Below are positions 17,841-25,579 of a stretch of DNA of 32,000 nt, piece by piece. The stretch is from Candidatus Saccharimonadota bacterium (GTDB lineage: Bacteria > Patescibacteriota > Saccharimonadia > Saccharimonadales > UBA4665). The DNA lies in the NCBI GenBank assembly GCA_016699955.1, contig CP064993.1, positions 120,001 through 152,000 of the forward strand, written 5' to 3'. The notes below the pieces were generated by a model. The model searched no databases and was not told the DNA's origin. It saw only the letters and a program-made list of their open reading frames with translations. Position numbers and translations under genes: made by a program. The first letter of the stretch is position 1; the number at the start of each line of letters is the position of its first letter.

Positions 17841-18453
17841 GGTTAATATCCTGAATTATTGCTTCGCGGTTAGCTTCTAGGTCAGCCAAAATATATTCAA
17901 GCTGATCATTCAAGTCAATTTGGTCGCCAATAGCCGCAAGCACATAATGGTTGATTATATCGGTCATATTTTGCTCAAACCGTTCAACTAGCTGTTGTTT
18001 TTCGGCAACAATTTGAGCCTGGACTTGCTGACCAAGCTGCGCACGCTGTTCTTCAATAGCTGTATTCGTTTTTTGGATTGAGTCAATCGCAAGCTGCTTT
18101 GCGTCATTAATAGATTGCTCGTATTTGGCAAATTCTTCCTTAAGATTACGCGTAATCTCATCTTTCATGTACTCGTTCAGCTGGCTAGTGGTCAAACGTA
18201 AATCTTGCTGGAGAAACATTGCATTTTCGGAAATGATTTTTTCGAAATGCAGCCTACCCCTGTTACGAAGCTCTTCGCGGAACGTATCGTTAAAAATATG
18301 CTCGACGTCTTCCTCGGCAGCTTTTTCTATGTCGCTAGTGACATCTTTATTTTTTTTGACGCCACCGTTACCGACGCGCACAGCCAACCACATAAACGCC
18401 ACGGTTGCCGATAGCAGACTGCCAAGTATGAGTGCAAGCTGCCAAGTTGTCAT
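17830..18453 (-). CDS. atpF: ATP synthase Fo b subunit
   Basis: One N-terminal TM helix (WQLALILGSLLSATVAFMWLAV) followed by a long charged coiled-coil-like region. Sits immediately upstream of delta. GGTGGGGA Shine-Dalgarno. Confidence 0.7.
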   Translation of the reverse strand: MTTWQLALILGSLLSATVAFMWLAVRVGNGGVKKNKDVTSDIEKAAEEDVEHIFNDTFREELRNRGRLHFEKIISENAMFLQQDLRLTTSQLNEYMKDEITRNLKEEFAKYEQSINDAKQLAIDSIQKTNTAIEEQRAQLGQQVQAQIVAEKQQLVERFEQNMTDIINHYVLAAIGDQIDLNDQLEYILADLEANREAIIQDINHGA

Positions 18454-18484
18454 GTCTATTTCCCCACCTCTATAGCACTTATGA

Positions 18485-19318
18485 TTATAACTTTAATAAT
18501 AAGTATATCGCGACTAGCCCGATAACAAAAACGATTAACCCCAGAACCACAACCTGGATCAGTCCTCGCAAAATTGACTTCTTGGCTAGCGGATTACGAC
18601 CAATGGACACGAGACTGCTACGGACACCGCCGTACAGAAGACTACCCGTCATAAAAATGGTAATGAGCAAAATTGCCAGACTTATGTAGAGTCGCACAGT
18701 GCTGACCGGCTTACCGGCAATACTCTCGCCAGACTTGCGAAGGAACGAAGGCACCGGTGGACCACTGACAGATACGGCAAGCGGGTTTCGGGAAATACCA
18801 ATGTCTATTTGCACAAACCCTATTGAAACTTGCTTATTACCGGAAGAGGTAGCGAGGGCGGCGTTGCCGCTCACATTTTTTGTGCCGTCAAAACTGCCCA
18901 GCGCCTTACCTAAGATTACGTTTTGACCGGCGTCCGCTTTCATACCGATTCCGTCAAGGGCAGAAATGCTAATGATATCCCCGCTTTTTATGGAACCGTT
19001 CTGGGTGCTCACGAGCGCTTCATACTTGCCGTTTGAGGCCACATAGACTTGATTGGTACTGTTGTCGCCACCCAGCGAGACCACCGTATCATTTGCAGAC
19101 ACAACAACGCCATGCATGGCTTTATCGGTTTTGTTGGTAAGCGCCGTGACTTTGCGACTGTCTTTCGGGTCAAGCATAACAATCATGCCCTTTTGCACTA
19201 TACCCGTTACACCGTAGCCTTGCGAGACTGTTTGAGCGTGGACAAGAGCAGGCGCAAGGAGCATGCCTAACATACCACTCAGGACAACCAGACGATACCA
19301 AATTTGTCGTCGAAGCAT
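18485..19318 (-). CDS. Secreted-domain protein with a C-terminal two-helix hairpin resembling an Fo c subunit (RNP loop, no carboxylate); first gene of the atp operon
   Basis: Signal peptide MLRRQIWYRLVVLSGMLGMLLAPALVHAQ. Soluble domain of about 175 aa. Then LYISLAILLITIFMTGSLLYGG-VRSSLVSIGRNPLAKKSILRG-LIQVVVLGLIVFVIGLVAIYLLLKL. Occupies the position usually held by atpE, 31 nt upstream of atpF. Confidence 0.7.
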   Translation of the reverse strand: MLRRQIWYRLVVLSGMLGMLLAPALVHAQTVSQGYGVTGIVQKGMIVMLDPKDSRKVTALTNKTDKAMHGVVVSANDTVVSLGGDNSTNQVYVASNGKYEALVSTQNGSIKSGDIISISALDGIGMKADAGQNVILGKALGSFDGTKNVSGNAALATSSGNKQVSIGFVQIDIGISRNPLAVSVSGPPVPSFLRKSGESIAGKPVSTVRLYISLAILLITIFMTGSLLYGGVRSSLVSIGRNPLAKKSILRGLIQVVVLGLIVFVIGLVAIYLLLKL

Positions 19319-19327
19319 TTCTATTCA

Positions 19328-19357
19328 AGTATAACCGTTTTATCAGCGGCGTCACAA
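19328..19357 (-). promoter_or_regulatory. Candidate promoter of the atp operon giving a near-leaderless transcript
   Basis: Minus strand: TTGTGA (19357-19352), 18-nt spacer, TATACT (19333-19328), then only 9 nt to the ATG at 19318. No Shine-Dalgarno. Confidence 0.3.
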
Positions 19358-19390
19358 GTGTTTTTACATGTTTTTTAGTGTTTTTTAAGC

Positions 19391-19396
19391 TATACT
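19391..19396 (+). promoter_or_regulatory. Candidate -10 box (TATACT) for the GalU-like gene
   Basis: TATACT lies 10 nt upstream of the ATG at 19407. No Shine-Dalgarno and no convincing -35. Confidence 0.25.
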
Positions 19397-19406
19397 ATGG
19401 CTTACT

Positions 19407-20237
19407 ATGTCAATTACAAAAGCAATCATCCCTGTTGCCGGCTGGGGTACACGCCGGTTACCAATTACAAAGGCTGTTGAAAAATGCATGCTACCAATTG
19501 GTAATCGGCCAATTGTTGATTATGTGGTTCAGGACTGTGTTACAGCAGGGATTACCGACATTTACTTCGTCGTTGGCGAACAAAGCGAACAACTTCATAC
19601 CTACTACCGCGAAAATGTCGAGCTCACCGATTATCTCCTGAGAAACGGCAAACAGGACATGTTGCCCCTCATCCAGACACCACTTGTCCGTTTTCACTAC
19701 ATTGTTCAGCCAAGTTACGGCAAATACGGTACCGCCGTGCCCGTAGACCTCACAATGCCCTACATCAATGAAGGCGAATCGGTAGTTGTTGTCATGGGAG
19801 ATGACTGTCTCTACAACCGAGATGGTAGTTCGGATATTGCTCGGCTGGTTGCCGCTACTCCAGATGGCCAAAGTGCTATTTTGGGCGTACCTATCCCCGA
19901 CGGTGACACCGCTATCCAGCGCTACGGTCACATTGTCTCTGACGATAAGGGCAATCTTGTACGGATTGTTGAACACCCCGACCCCTTGCCGAAACAGTTT
20001 ATAAAAAATGTCAGCAAGTACGTCCTCAACTACGACATGCTGAAAGCAGTTAGTGGGTACGTGGCTCAAGAAATTGACACAGGCAAAGAGTATTACATAT
20101 TCCACCCCTTCCAGCAGGTGATTGAACAGGGTGGCATAATGAAGGTTGTCGCTGCTACCGGCCAATACCTAGATGCAGGAACTGTCGACGGCTGGCTCCA
20201 CGCCAACCAAACCGTTATCAATAATTCCGCAAGCTAG
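19407..20237 (+). CDS. galU: UTP--glucose-1-phosphate uridylyltransferase-like sugar nucleotidyltransferase
   Basis: N-terminal KAIIPVAGWGTRRLPITKAVEKCMLPIGNRPIVDYVVQD matches the GalU-family signature A-G-x-G-T-R-x-L-P-x-T-K. Later VVMGDD and RIVEHPDP blocks. Confidence 0.7.
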   Translation: MSITKAIIPVAGWGTRRLPITKAVEKCMLPIGNRPIVDYVVQDCVTAGITDIYFVVGEQSEQLHTYYRENVELTDYLLRNGKQDMLPLIQTPLVRFHYIVQPSYGKYGTAVPVDLTMPYINEGESVVVVMGDDCLYNRDGSSDIARLVAATPDGQSAILGVPIPDGDTAIQRYGHIVSDDKGNLVRIVEHPDPLPKQFIKNVSKYVLNYDMLKAVSGYVAQEIDTGKEYYIFHPFQQVIEQGGIMKVVAATGQYLDAGTVDGWLHANQTVINNSAS

Positions 20238-20294
20238 CATCTACCGCCTTCGCAATCACTACCGCAACAAACCCAACTAAACCAATTTCGGGAA

Positions 20295-20350
20295 ATTTTG
20301 GGAGGACAGTCCTCCGAGGATGGTTCTGAAACAGATTGGGGTTTTGTTGT
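20295..20350. repeat. Small repeat element, intergenic copy, containing the perfect palindrome GGAGGAC-A-GTCCTCC
   Basis: ATTTTGGGAGGACAGTCCTC (20295-20314) is identical to 23111-23130. The tail TTGGGGTTTTGTTGT (20336-20350) resembles TTGGTTTTTGTTGT (23137-23150). Lies between the convergent GalU-like and cysteine desulfurase genes. Confidence 0.8.
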
Positions 20351-20368
20351 ATCTGTAGAGTAGTTGTT

Positions 20369-21514
20369 TTATTTACTTTTTGTTATCTCTGTTAGAGCAT
20401 GCACGCATTTATCAATATCGGCTTTAGTCGTAGAACGACCCATGGTTATACGTAAGCTGCTGCGAGCCGCCTCGTCGCTCATGCCCATTGCGCCAAGAAC
20501 ATGGCTCGGCTGCTCGCTACTAGCGCTACAAGCAGACCCGGCAGCGGCAAGTACCCCTTGCAGCTCTAGCTCTAGCAGCACGCGTTCGTTATCATACCCA
20601 GGCAAGGTAATATGGATGTTGTTCGGAAGCCGATTGCTTAGTGAACCATTTACGATTGCACTTGGGATTTTTTGGCTCAAGAGGCGAATTGCTTCATTTT
20701 TCACTTGGTTCAGCCTTTTTGCCTCAACATGGCGCATCGTTTGAGCCTTACTGAGCGCTACCGCAAAACCGATAGCCCCAGCAACATTTTCAGTACCGCT
20801 GCGCAAACCTTGTTCCTGGCCACCACCGCGAATCAGTGGCGAAAGTTTGACATGCCTGGCGGCGTACAAGGCGCCAGTTTGCTTTGGGCCATACATTTTT
20901 CCACCATTTAGTGTCATGAAATCAACACCAAGCTTTTCAACGTGCAGATCGAGATAGCTTGCCGCTTGGCAAGCGTCGGTATGGAAATACAGAGGGAGTG
21001 CATTACCCTGTCTTTTTCTTTCTGTCTTAATGTCGTTTATAAGCATAGAGATTTGGCGCAGAGGCTGGATAGTACCGACTTCATTATTGGCATACATAAC
21101 ACTTACAAGCACAGTGTCGTCGGCAATTTTCTGCCGTAAACTGTCCATATCTACCCTACCCTGCTTTGTCGAAAGCGCAACGTAGCAATTGAACTGTCTG
21201 GCGGTTGCTAAAACAGATTCATGCTCGAGTGCACTTACCGTAACGGAGCAATTCGGAAATTTGGCCATAACTCCTGCAATCGCCAAATTATTTCCTTCAG
21301 TTCCCCCACTTGTAAAAATAACTTCGGTCGGCCTAGCTCCTAGACACTGCGCAACCCTCCCCCGAGCTGCTTCAAACGCTTCCCTTGCCTGCCGCGCGGG
21401 CAAATAAGTGGCCGAGGGGTTGTAAAAAACATCAGAAAAATACGGCTGCATCGCAGCCAAAACTCCCTCATCAACCGGCGTCGCCGCCGCATGATCCAAA
21501 TATACGTATTTCAT
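20369..21514 (-). CDS. Cysteine desulfurase (class V aminotransferase, NifS/IscS family)
   Basis: YLDHAAATP, FTSGGTEGNNLAI, HTDACQA, a PLP-lysine region LNGGKMYGPKQTGALY, RSGTENVAG and a catalytic-Cys loop GSACSASS. Confidence 0.9.
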   Translation of the reverse strand: MKYVYLDHAAATPVDEGVLAAMQPYFSDVFYNPSATYLPARQAREAFEAARGRVAQCLGARPTEVIFTSGGTEGNNLAIAGVMAKFPNCSVTVSALEHESVLATARQFNCYVALSTKQGRVDMDSLRQKIADDTVLVSVMYANNEVGTIQPLRQISMLINDIKTERKRQGNALPLYFHTDACQAASYLDLHVEKLGVDFMTLNGGKMYGPKQTGALYAARHVKLSPLIRGGGQEQGLRSGTENVAGAIGFAVALSKAQTMRHVEAKRLNQVKNEAIRLLSQKIPSAIVNGSLSNRLPNNIHITLPGYDNERVLLELELQGVLAAAGSACSASSEQPSHVLGAMGMSDEAARSSLRITMGRSTTKADIDKCVHALTEITKSK

Positions 21515-21532
21515 AGATGGTATTGTAGCCGA

Positions 21533-21916
21533 TTACGGCTTGACCGGGAGATACGGCGCAAGCTCTTGGTCTATGAGTTCATTGTATTTCCGCATGGCAA
21601 CAAGCAATCGTCTAGCTTCTTCTTTTTGCAGAGGCCGGTATGGCTGGCCGTCTTGCGCTTTGAATACACCCTGAGGACGTATGTCGTAACGTGTTGTCCT
21701 GACTTGGTGTCGACCCTGCTCATCATTCCACTCTTCGTGCCATACCCACGTATGCTCGTCAAGACAGAAAAACTCTCGGCGAGTGCCTTTCGGGATTTCA
21801 CCGAACACACGTCCGCCCACTTTAGCCTCCTCTTGAATAGCCTCTCGGTATGCGTCGACGCGTCGTTTATCAGCACTTTTAGTTAAAATGCCACTGAAAA
21901 CTTTTGGTAAAAGCAT
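21533..21916 (-). CDS. Hypothetical protein (127 aa)
   Basis: ORF with an ATG 2 nt after the upstream gene stop. W/E-rich core EFFCLDEHTWVWHEEWNDEQGRH. No recognised family. Confidence 0.6.
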   Translation of the reverse strand: MLLPKVFSGILTKSADKRRVDAYREAIQEEAKVGGRVFGEIPKGTRREFFCLDEHTWVWHEEWNDEQGRHQVRTTRYDIRPQGVFKAQDGQPYRPLQKEEARRLLVAMRKYNELIDQELAPYLPVKP

Positions 21917-21918
21917 CT

Positions 21919-22533
21919 TTATGCCGCCCTTTTTAGGACCGGCCCACTTTCACTGGAAGCAGGATACTCTGCAGTCACTGGAGGTTGACTACCGTTTGGT
22001 CCAAATATGTTCTGTATCTTGAGACGAGCACCTTCGGCCATGATGTCCGCCGGAATGCGCGTATGCTCTTCAGCCCCTGAGGCCCTACGGGCTGCTAGGT
22101 CAACTGGAGCATCTCCAACCATATCTACAGGACTGGGCGTATGGTCTTCAACTACAGGGCGTGTTTCATTTGAGGCCCTACGGGCTGCTAGGTCAACTAT
22201 TGAAGCGAGCTGTTCTTCTGCTGCTGAAGCTACTGCCGCCTGCTGGGCTCCTTCAAGCACTACTTTATATTTATTATATTCTCCGCCAGTTGCAATACTG
22301 CCGGTAGTTACTCCCGCGAATTGTCGTGCCTGATTTGCGGCCTCTGTAGTTATTCCGGCGGGAGGTTCTGGAAACGTTCTGTTTATTGTTTCTTCGCCTT
22401 TCCTAAAACTACCCCAACGAATAGGCCAACGCTCATAAACCGCTTTTATTCGGTTATCTGATAATCCTCTGCGAGCCAGCTCAGGGGATATAGTAGTATT
22501 ACGTCTGTCTGATGGTGGAGGAACTTTTTTCAT
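21919..22533 (-). CDS. Hypothetical protein (204 aa) with an internal 31-residue tandem repeat
   Basis: ATG 14 nt after the tatD stop. VDLAARRAS...E[DE]HT..P.D[MI] occurs twice. Confidence 0.6.
   Translation of the reverse strand: MKKVPPPSDRRNTTISPELARRGLSDNRIKAVYERWPIRWGSFRKGEETINRTFPEPPAGITTEAANQARQFAGVTTGSIATGGEYNKYKVVLEGAQQAAVASAAEEQLASIVDLAARRASNETRPVVEDHTPSPVDMVGDAPVDLAARRASGAEEHTRIPADIMAEGARLKIQNIFGPNGSQPPVTAEYPASSESGPVLKRAA
22078..22198 (-). repeat. 28-nt perfect direct repeat, two copies 93 nt apart, inside the 204-aa ORF
   Basis: TGAGGCCCTACGGGCTGCTAGGTCAACT at 22078-22105 and 22171-22198. Confidence 0.9.
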
Positions 22534-22546
22534 ATGTTACATAATT

Positions 22547-23416
22547 CTATAAATTGAATAATTGCTTCGCATTTGTGGTAGATACGGCTGCGAGGTCAGT
22601 GAGATTAATTCCACGCAACTCCGCTAAACATTCCGCCGTGTCAACTACATGCTTCGGCTCACAGATTTTACCACGAAAGGGCTTGGGTGTCAAGAAAGGA
22701 GCGTCCGTTTCTAACAGGAGTCGTTGTTGTGGAATTGTGCAATATGTCACAATTTGCGCTTCATTTTTTGTGAAGGTCGCAATGCCGTTTACGCCAATGT
22801 ACAAACCCCGTTCAATAGCCCTTTCCATGTTTATCTGACTATCTGTAAAACTGTGCAAAACACCACGTATTCCGTGGTAGCTGTCAAATATGCGCCAGAA
22901 GTCGTCAAATGCTTCACGCACATGGAAACTGAGTGGTAAATTATGCTCAAGCGCCAAATCTATCTGAAAACGTAAAACAGCCTCTTGGTCTGCTTTCGGC
23001 GAATGTTCGTAGTAATAATCCAGCCCGCACTCCCCCACTGCCACTACCTTTGGTTCCCGTACCAGCTCCCCAATTCGCCTAGCGATTTCCGGCAAAACAA
23101 CCGTAATATCATTTTGGGAGGACAGTCCTCGTGAAGTTGGTTTTTGTTGTTTGGTATAGTTTTTTGCTTCGTGAGGGTGTAGTCCTACGGACGCCCAGAC
23201 GTTTTCGTGATCTTGAGCAAACCGGACGGCCAAATCGCTATCTTCTAACGTGGTACCGACAACGATAATGCGGTTTACACCAACCTTGCGAGCCGCCCGC
23301 AACACTTCCGTCGCAGTTCGCTCTGCGCCGTCGCTCTGCCATTTGTCATGTACCGGCGTCAGAGCAGCTTCTAGCTCATGCACGTGACAGTGCGTGTCAA
23401 AAAATTCCTGCACCAT
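22547..23416 (-). CDS. tatD: TatD-family metal-dependent hydrolase/DNase
   Basis: FFDTHCHV, GLHPHEA, AVGECGLDYYY, LPLSFHVREA, GVLHSFT, LLLETDAPFLTP. Immediately downstream of metG, a commonly conserved pairing. Confidence 0.9.
   Translation of the reverse strand: MVQEFFDTHCHVHELEAALTPVHDKWQSDGAERTATEVLRAARKVGVNRIIVVGTTLEDSDLAVRFAQDHENVWASVGLHPHEAKNYTKQQKPTSRGLSSQNDITVVLPEIARRIGELVREPKVVAVGECGLDYYYEHSPKADQEAVLRFQIDLALEHNLPLSFHVREAFDDFWRIFDSYHGIRGVLHSFTDSQINMERAIERGLYIGVNGIATFTKNEAQIVTYCTIPQQRLLLETDAPFLTPKPFRGKICEPKHVVDTAECLAELRGINLTDLAAVSTTNAKQLFNL
23111..23150. repeat. Small repeat element, copy embedded in frame in tatD (codons 90-102, QQKPTSRGLSSQN)
   Basis: 20/20 identity to 20295-20314, plus a similar T/G-rich tail. 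23149 is exactly the first base of tatD codon 90. Confidence 0.8.
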
Positions 23417-23425
23417 ACTTTGCTG

Positions 23426-24874
23426 CTACTCCGACTTTGGTTGATCCAGTTTCGGAAATAGAGTCCCCTCGTGCGCGTGCACTAAGCCTTCGGCGAACAT
23501 GGCCTGTATTTTGGCCGCGGTCGACGGCAAGAATGGTTCAAGGAGCTGGGCAATTTCTAACAAATCACTCGCAAATCCGGCAAGCACTTCTCGTAAGTGA
23601 TCCTGGTCGTCCGTCTTGGCGATTTCCCACGGCTTTTCGGCTTCAATAAGCTGATTGAGCCCACGTATCTGTTCCCAGACACTGTCGAGTGCTCGGTCAA
23701 ATTTACAGAGCTCGACCGCCTCATAATAGGCTCCCATGTCGTGCTCTGGCTCTGGGATATCTCCTATTATACCCCCCTGATATTTCTGAATCATGGCTGT
23801 AGTACGCTGCACCGCGTTACCAAGCTCATTCGCAAGCTCGTTGTTGTACGCTGCTTCAAACGCCTCCCAGCTGAAATCTCCGTCGTCGTAGCTTGGCACG
23901 TGACGTAGGAAATAGTAGCGAAACGCATCGGCACCGTATTTCTGAATTATATCGTGCGGGCTTACGGAGTTGCCGAGTGATTTGCTCATTTTTTTGTTGT
24001 CAACTGTAACGTAGCCGTGCACGTAAAGTTGTTTCGCAAGCGGCAAGCCAAGCCCAAGTAAAATCCCTGGCCAGATTGCAGCATGAAAACGCAAAATACC
24101 CTTGCCTACTACCTGCACATTGGCTGGCCAATACTGTTTGAAGTCTTCGTGCTCTGGATAGCCCAGCACCGTAATGTAGTTGAGTAGCGCGTCAAACCAG
24201 ACGTAAATCACTTGTGTGGGGTCACCCGGTACTGCTATACCCCAGTCTATTTTTTCTTTTGGCCGGGAAATACTTATGTCGTCAAGCCCCTCGCGCAAAA
24301 GCGCCAAGATTTCATTGCGACGCGTTGCAGGAGTCACTAAAAATTCGTTTTTTTCGATGGCCTCGCGAATTGGCTGGGTGTAGTTACTGAGTCTAAAAAA
24401 ATAGTTTTCTTCTTCAATTTTTTCATACGGTCGGTTGTGGTCTGGACAAACACCCTTGTTATCCTGCACAACTGTTTCGGTGAAAAATTCCTCATCTCCG
24501 GTACAATACCAACCAACATATTTATTTTTATATATGTCACGAGCGAGCGCTTTCCAAATAACTTGTACCCGTTCTTTGTGTGCGGTGTCAGTTGTACGAA
24601 TAAAGCGATCCGGTTTAACCTCAAGCGCAGTTATTAGTTCGCGGAATTTTTCTGACATTTGATCAGTGAATTTTTGCGGGTCTAGCTGAAGTTCGGTTGC
24701 CTTTTCTGCAATTTTGCCACCGTGTTCATCGGTGCCAGTACTAAAAAGTGTCGTTTCACCACGAGCCCGTGCTGCCCGCGCCAAGACATCGGCCATGACA
24801 AATTCCATAGCATGACCAAGATGCGGCTCACCGTTAACATAGGGTATAGATGTCGTTACGTAGTATTTGCTCAT
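23426..24874 (-). CDS. metG: Methionyl-tRNA synthetase (short form lacking the C-terminal dimerisation/tRNA-binding domain)
   Basis: HIGH-type motif PYVNGEPHLGHA and KMSKS motif NKKMSKSLGN. 482 aa. Confidence 0.95.
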   Translation of the reverse strand: MSKYYVTTSIPYVNGEPHLGHAMEFVMADVLARAARARGETTLFSTGTDEHGGKIAEKATELQLDPQKFTDQMSEKFRELITALEVKPDRFIRTTDTAHKERVQVIWKALARDIYKNKYVGWYCTGDEEFFTETVVQDNKGVCPDHNRPYEKIEEENYFFRLSNYTQPIREAIEKNEFLVTPATRRNEILALLREGLDDISISRPKEKIDWGIAVPGDPTQVIYVWFDALLNYITVLGYPEHEDFKQYWPANVQVVGKGILRFHAAIWPGILLGLGLPLAKQLYVHGYVTVDNKKMSKSLGNSVSPHDIIQKYGADAFRYYFLRHVPSYDDGDFSWEAFEAAYNNELANELGNAVQRTTAMIQKYQGGIIGDIPEPEHDMGAYYEAVELCKFDRALDSVWEQIRGLNQLIEAEKPWEIAKTDDQDHLREVLAGFASDLLEIAQLLEPFLPSTAAKIQAMFAEGLVHAHEGTLFPKLDQPKSE

Positions 24875-25135
24875 CTGTCTATTCTACCTCATTTTAATCT
24901 CAGTCCCACAAAAGTAGCGCCGATTTTCCACAATCTCAACCAAAGTGAGCGAAGCAAACGAGCCAAAGAACTAACTTTACGGAGGGTAGACACCCCTTTT
25001 ACGAATAATGCCCTGGAAGTGAAGACAGTAGGTTAACTGTCAATATGTGAATGTATTGGCCTATAGGTAATTTTATTCACATGGGTATTTATTAAAAAAA
25101 TAAATAAAAAAAAGGGGGGTTTATTTGGCGGGGGT

Positions 25136-25555
25136 TTATTTTAAAAGCTTAGTGACTTCTTTGGCTTCGGTTAGGTCAAGTTCGGCAAAAAGTTGGCTGT
25201 CGTATGTCTCACTTACTTGATAGATGTAATCGTTTTGTGTTCTTGGCACAGCGTGATAGTGAATGTGGCGCACACTCAGTTTGCCTTTTTGCATAAACGG
25301 CCGATAGTTTTGGCGCACATCTACACCATCTCCAAGCTTGGCAGAAATAAGTTTTTGCGATACCCAGTCGAGCAGTTCGAATATATCACGCCGTTCTTCG
25401 GCCATCAGTTCCCATGGCTCTTCGACATGCCGCTTTGGGATAACCAACGCGTGACCCGGCACCTTGCGCGGGTTACTGAGTAGCACATAAGCGTAAGTGT
25501 TTTCGGTAATAACCCGCTCGTGAGCGTTACAAAACGGACATTGGTTTGCAGCCAT
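25136..25555 (-). CDS. HIT-family (histidine triad) nucleotide hydrolase/transferase
   Basis: N-terminal CPFC, then VPGHALVIPKRH and the histidine triad HIHYHAVP. Confidence 0.85.
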   Translation of the reverse strand: MAANQCPFCNAHERVITENTYAYVLLSNPRKVPGHALVIPKRHVEEPWELMAEERRDIFELLDWVSQKLISAKLGDGVDVRQNYRPFMQKGKLSVRHIHYHAVPRTQNDYIYQVSETYDSQLFAELDLTEAKEVTKLLK

Positions 25556-25579
25556 AGCATCAGTATAACACCAGGGGCT

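Noticed and set aside
19491-20165. 224-aa minus-strand ORF antisense to the GalU-like gene
   Set aside because: The plus-strand frame carries the strong nucleotidyltransferase signature. The antisense product has no recognisable features.
24875-25135. T-box riboswitch upstream of metG
   Set aside because: The closest match to the T-box consensus (AGGGTGGTACCGCG) is AAAAGGGGTGTCTACCCTCCG. That is too divergent, and I could not identify a Stem I specifier loop or a terminator/antiterminator pair. It is kept only as a region to scan with a covariance model.
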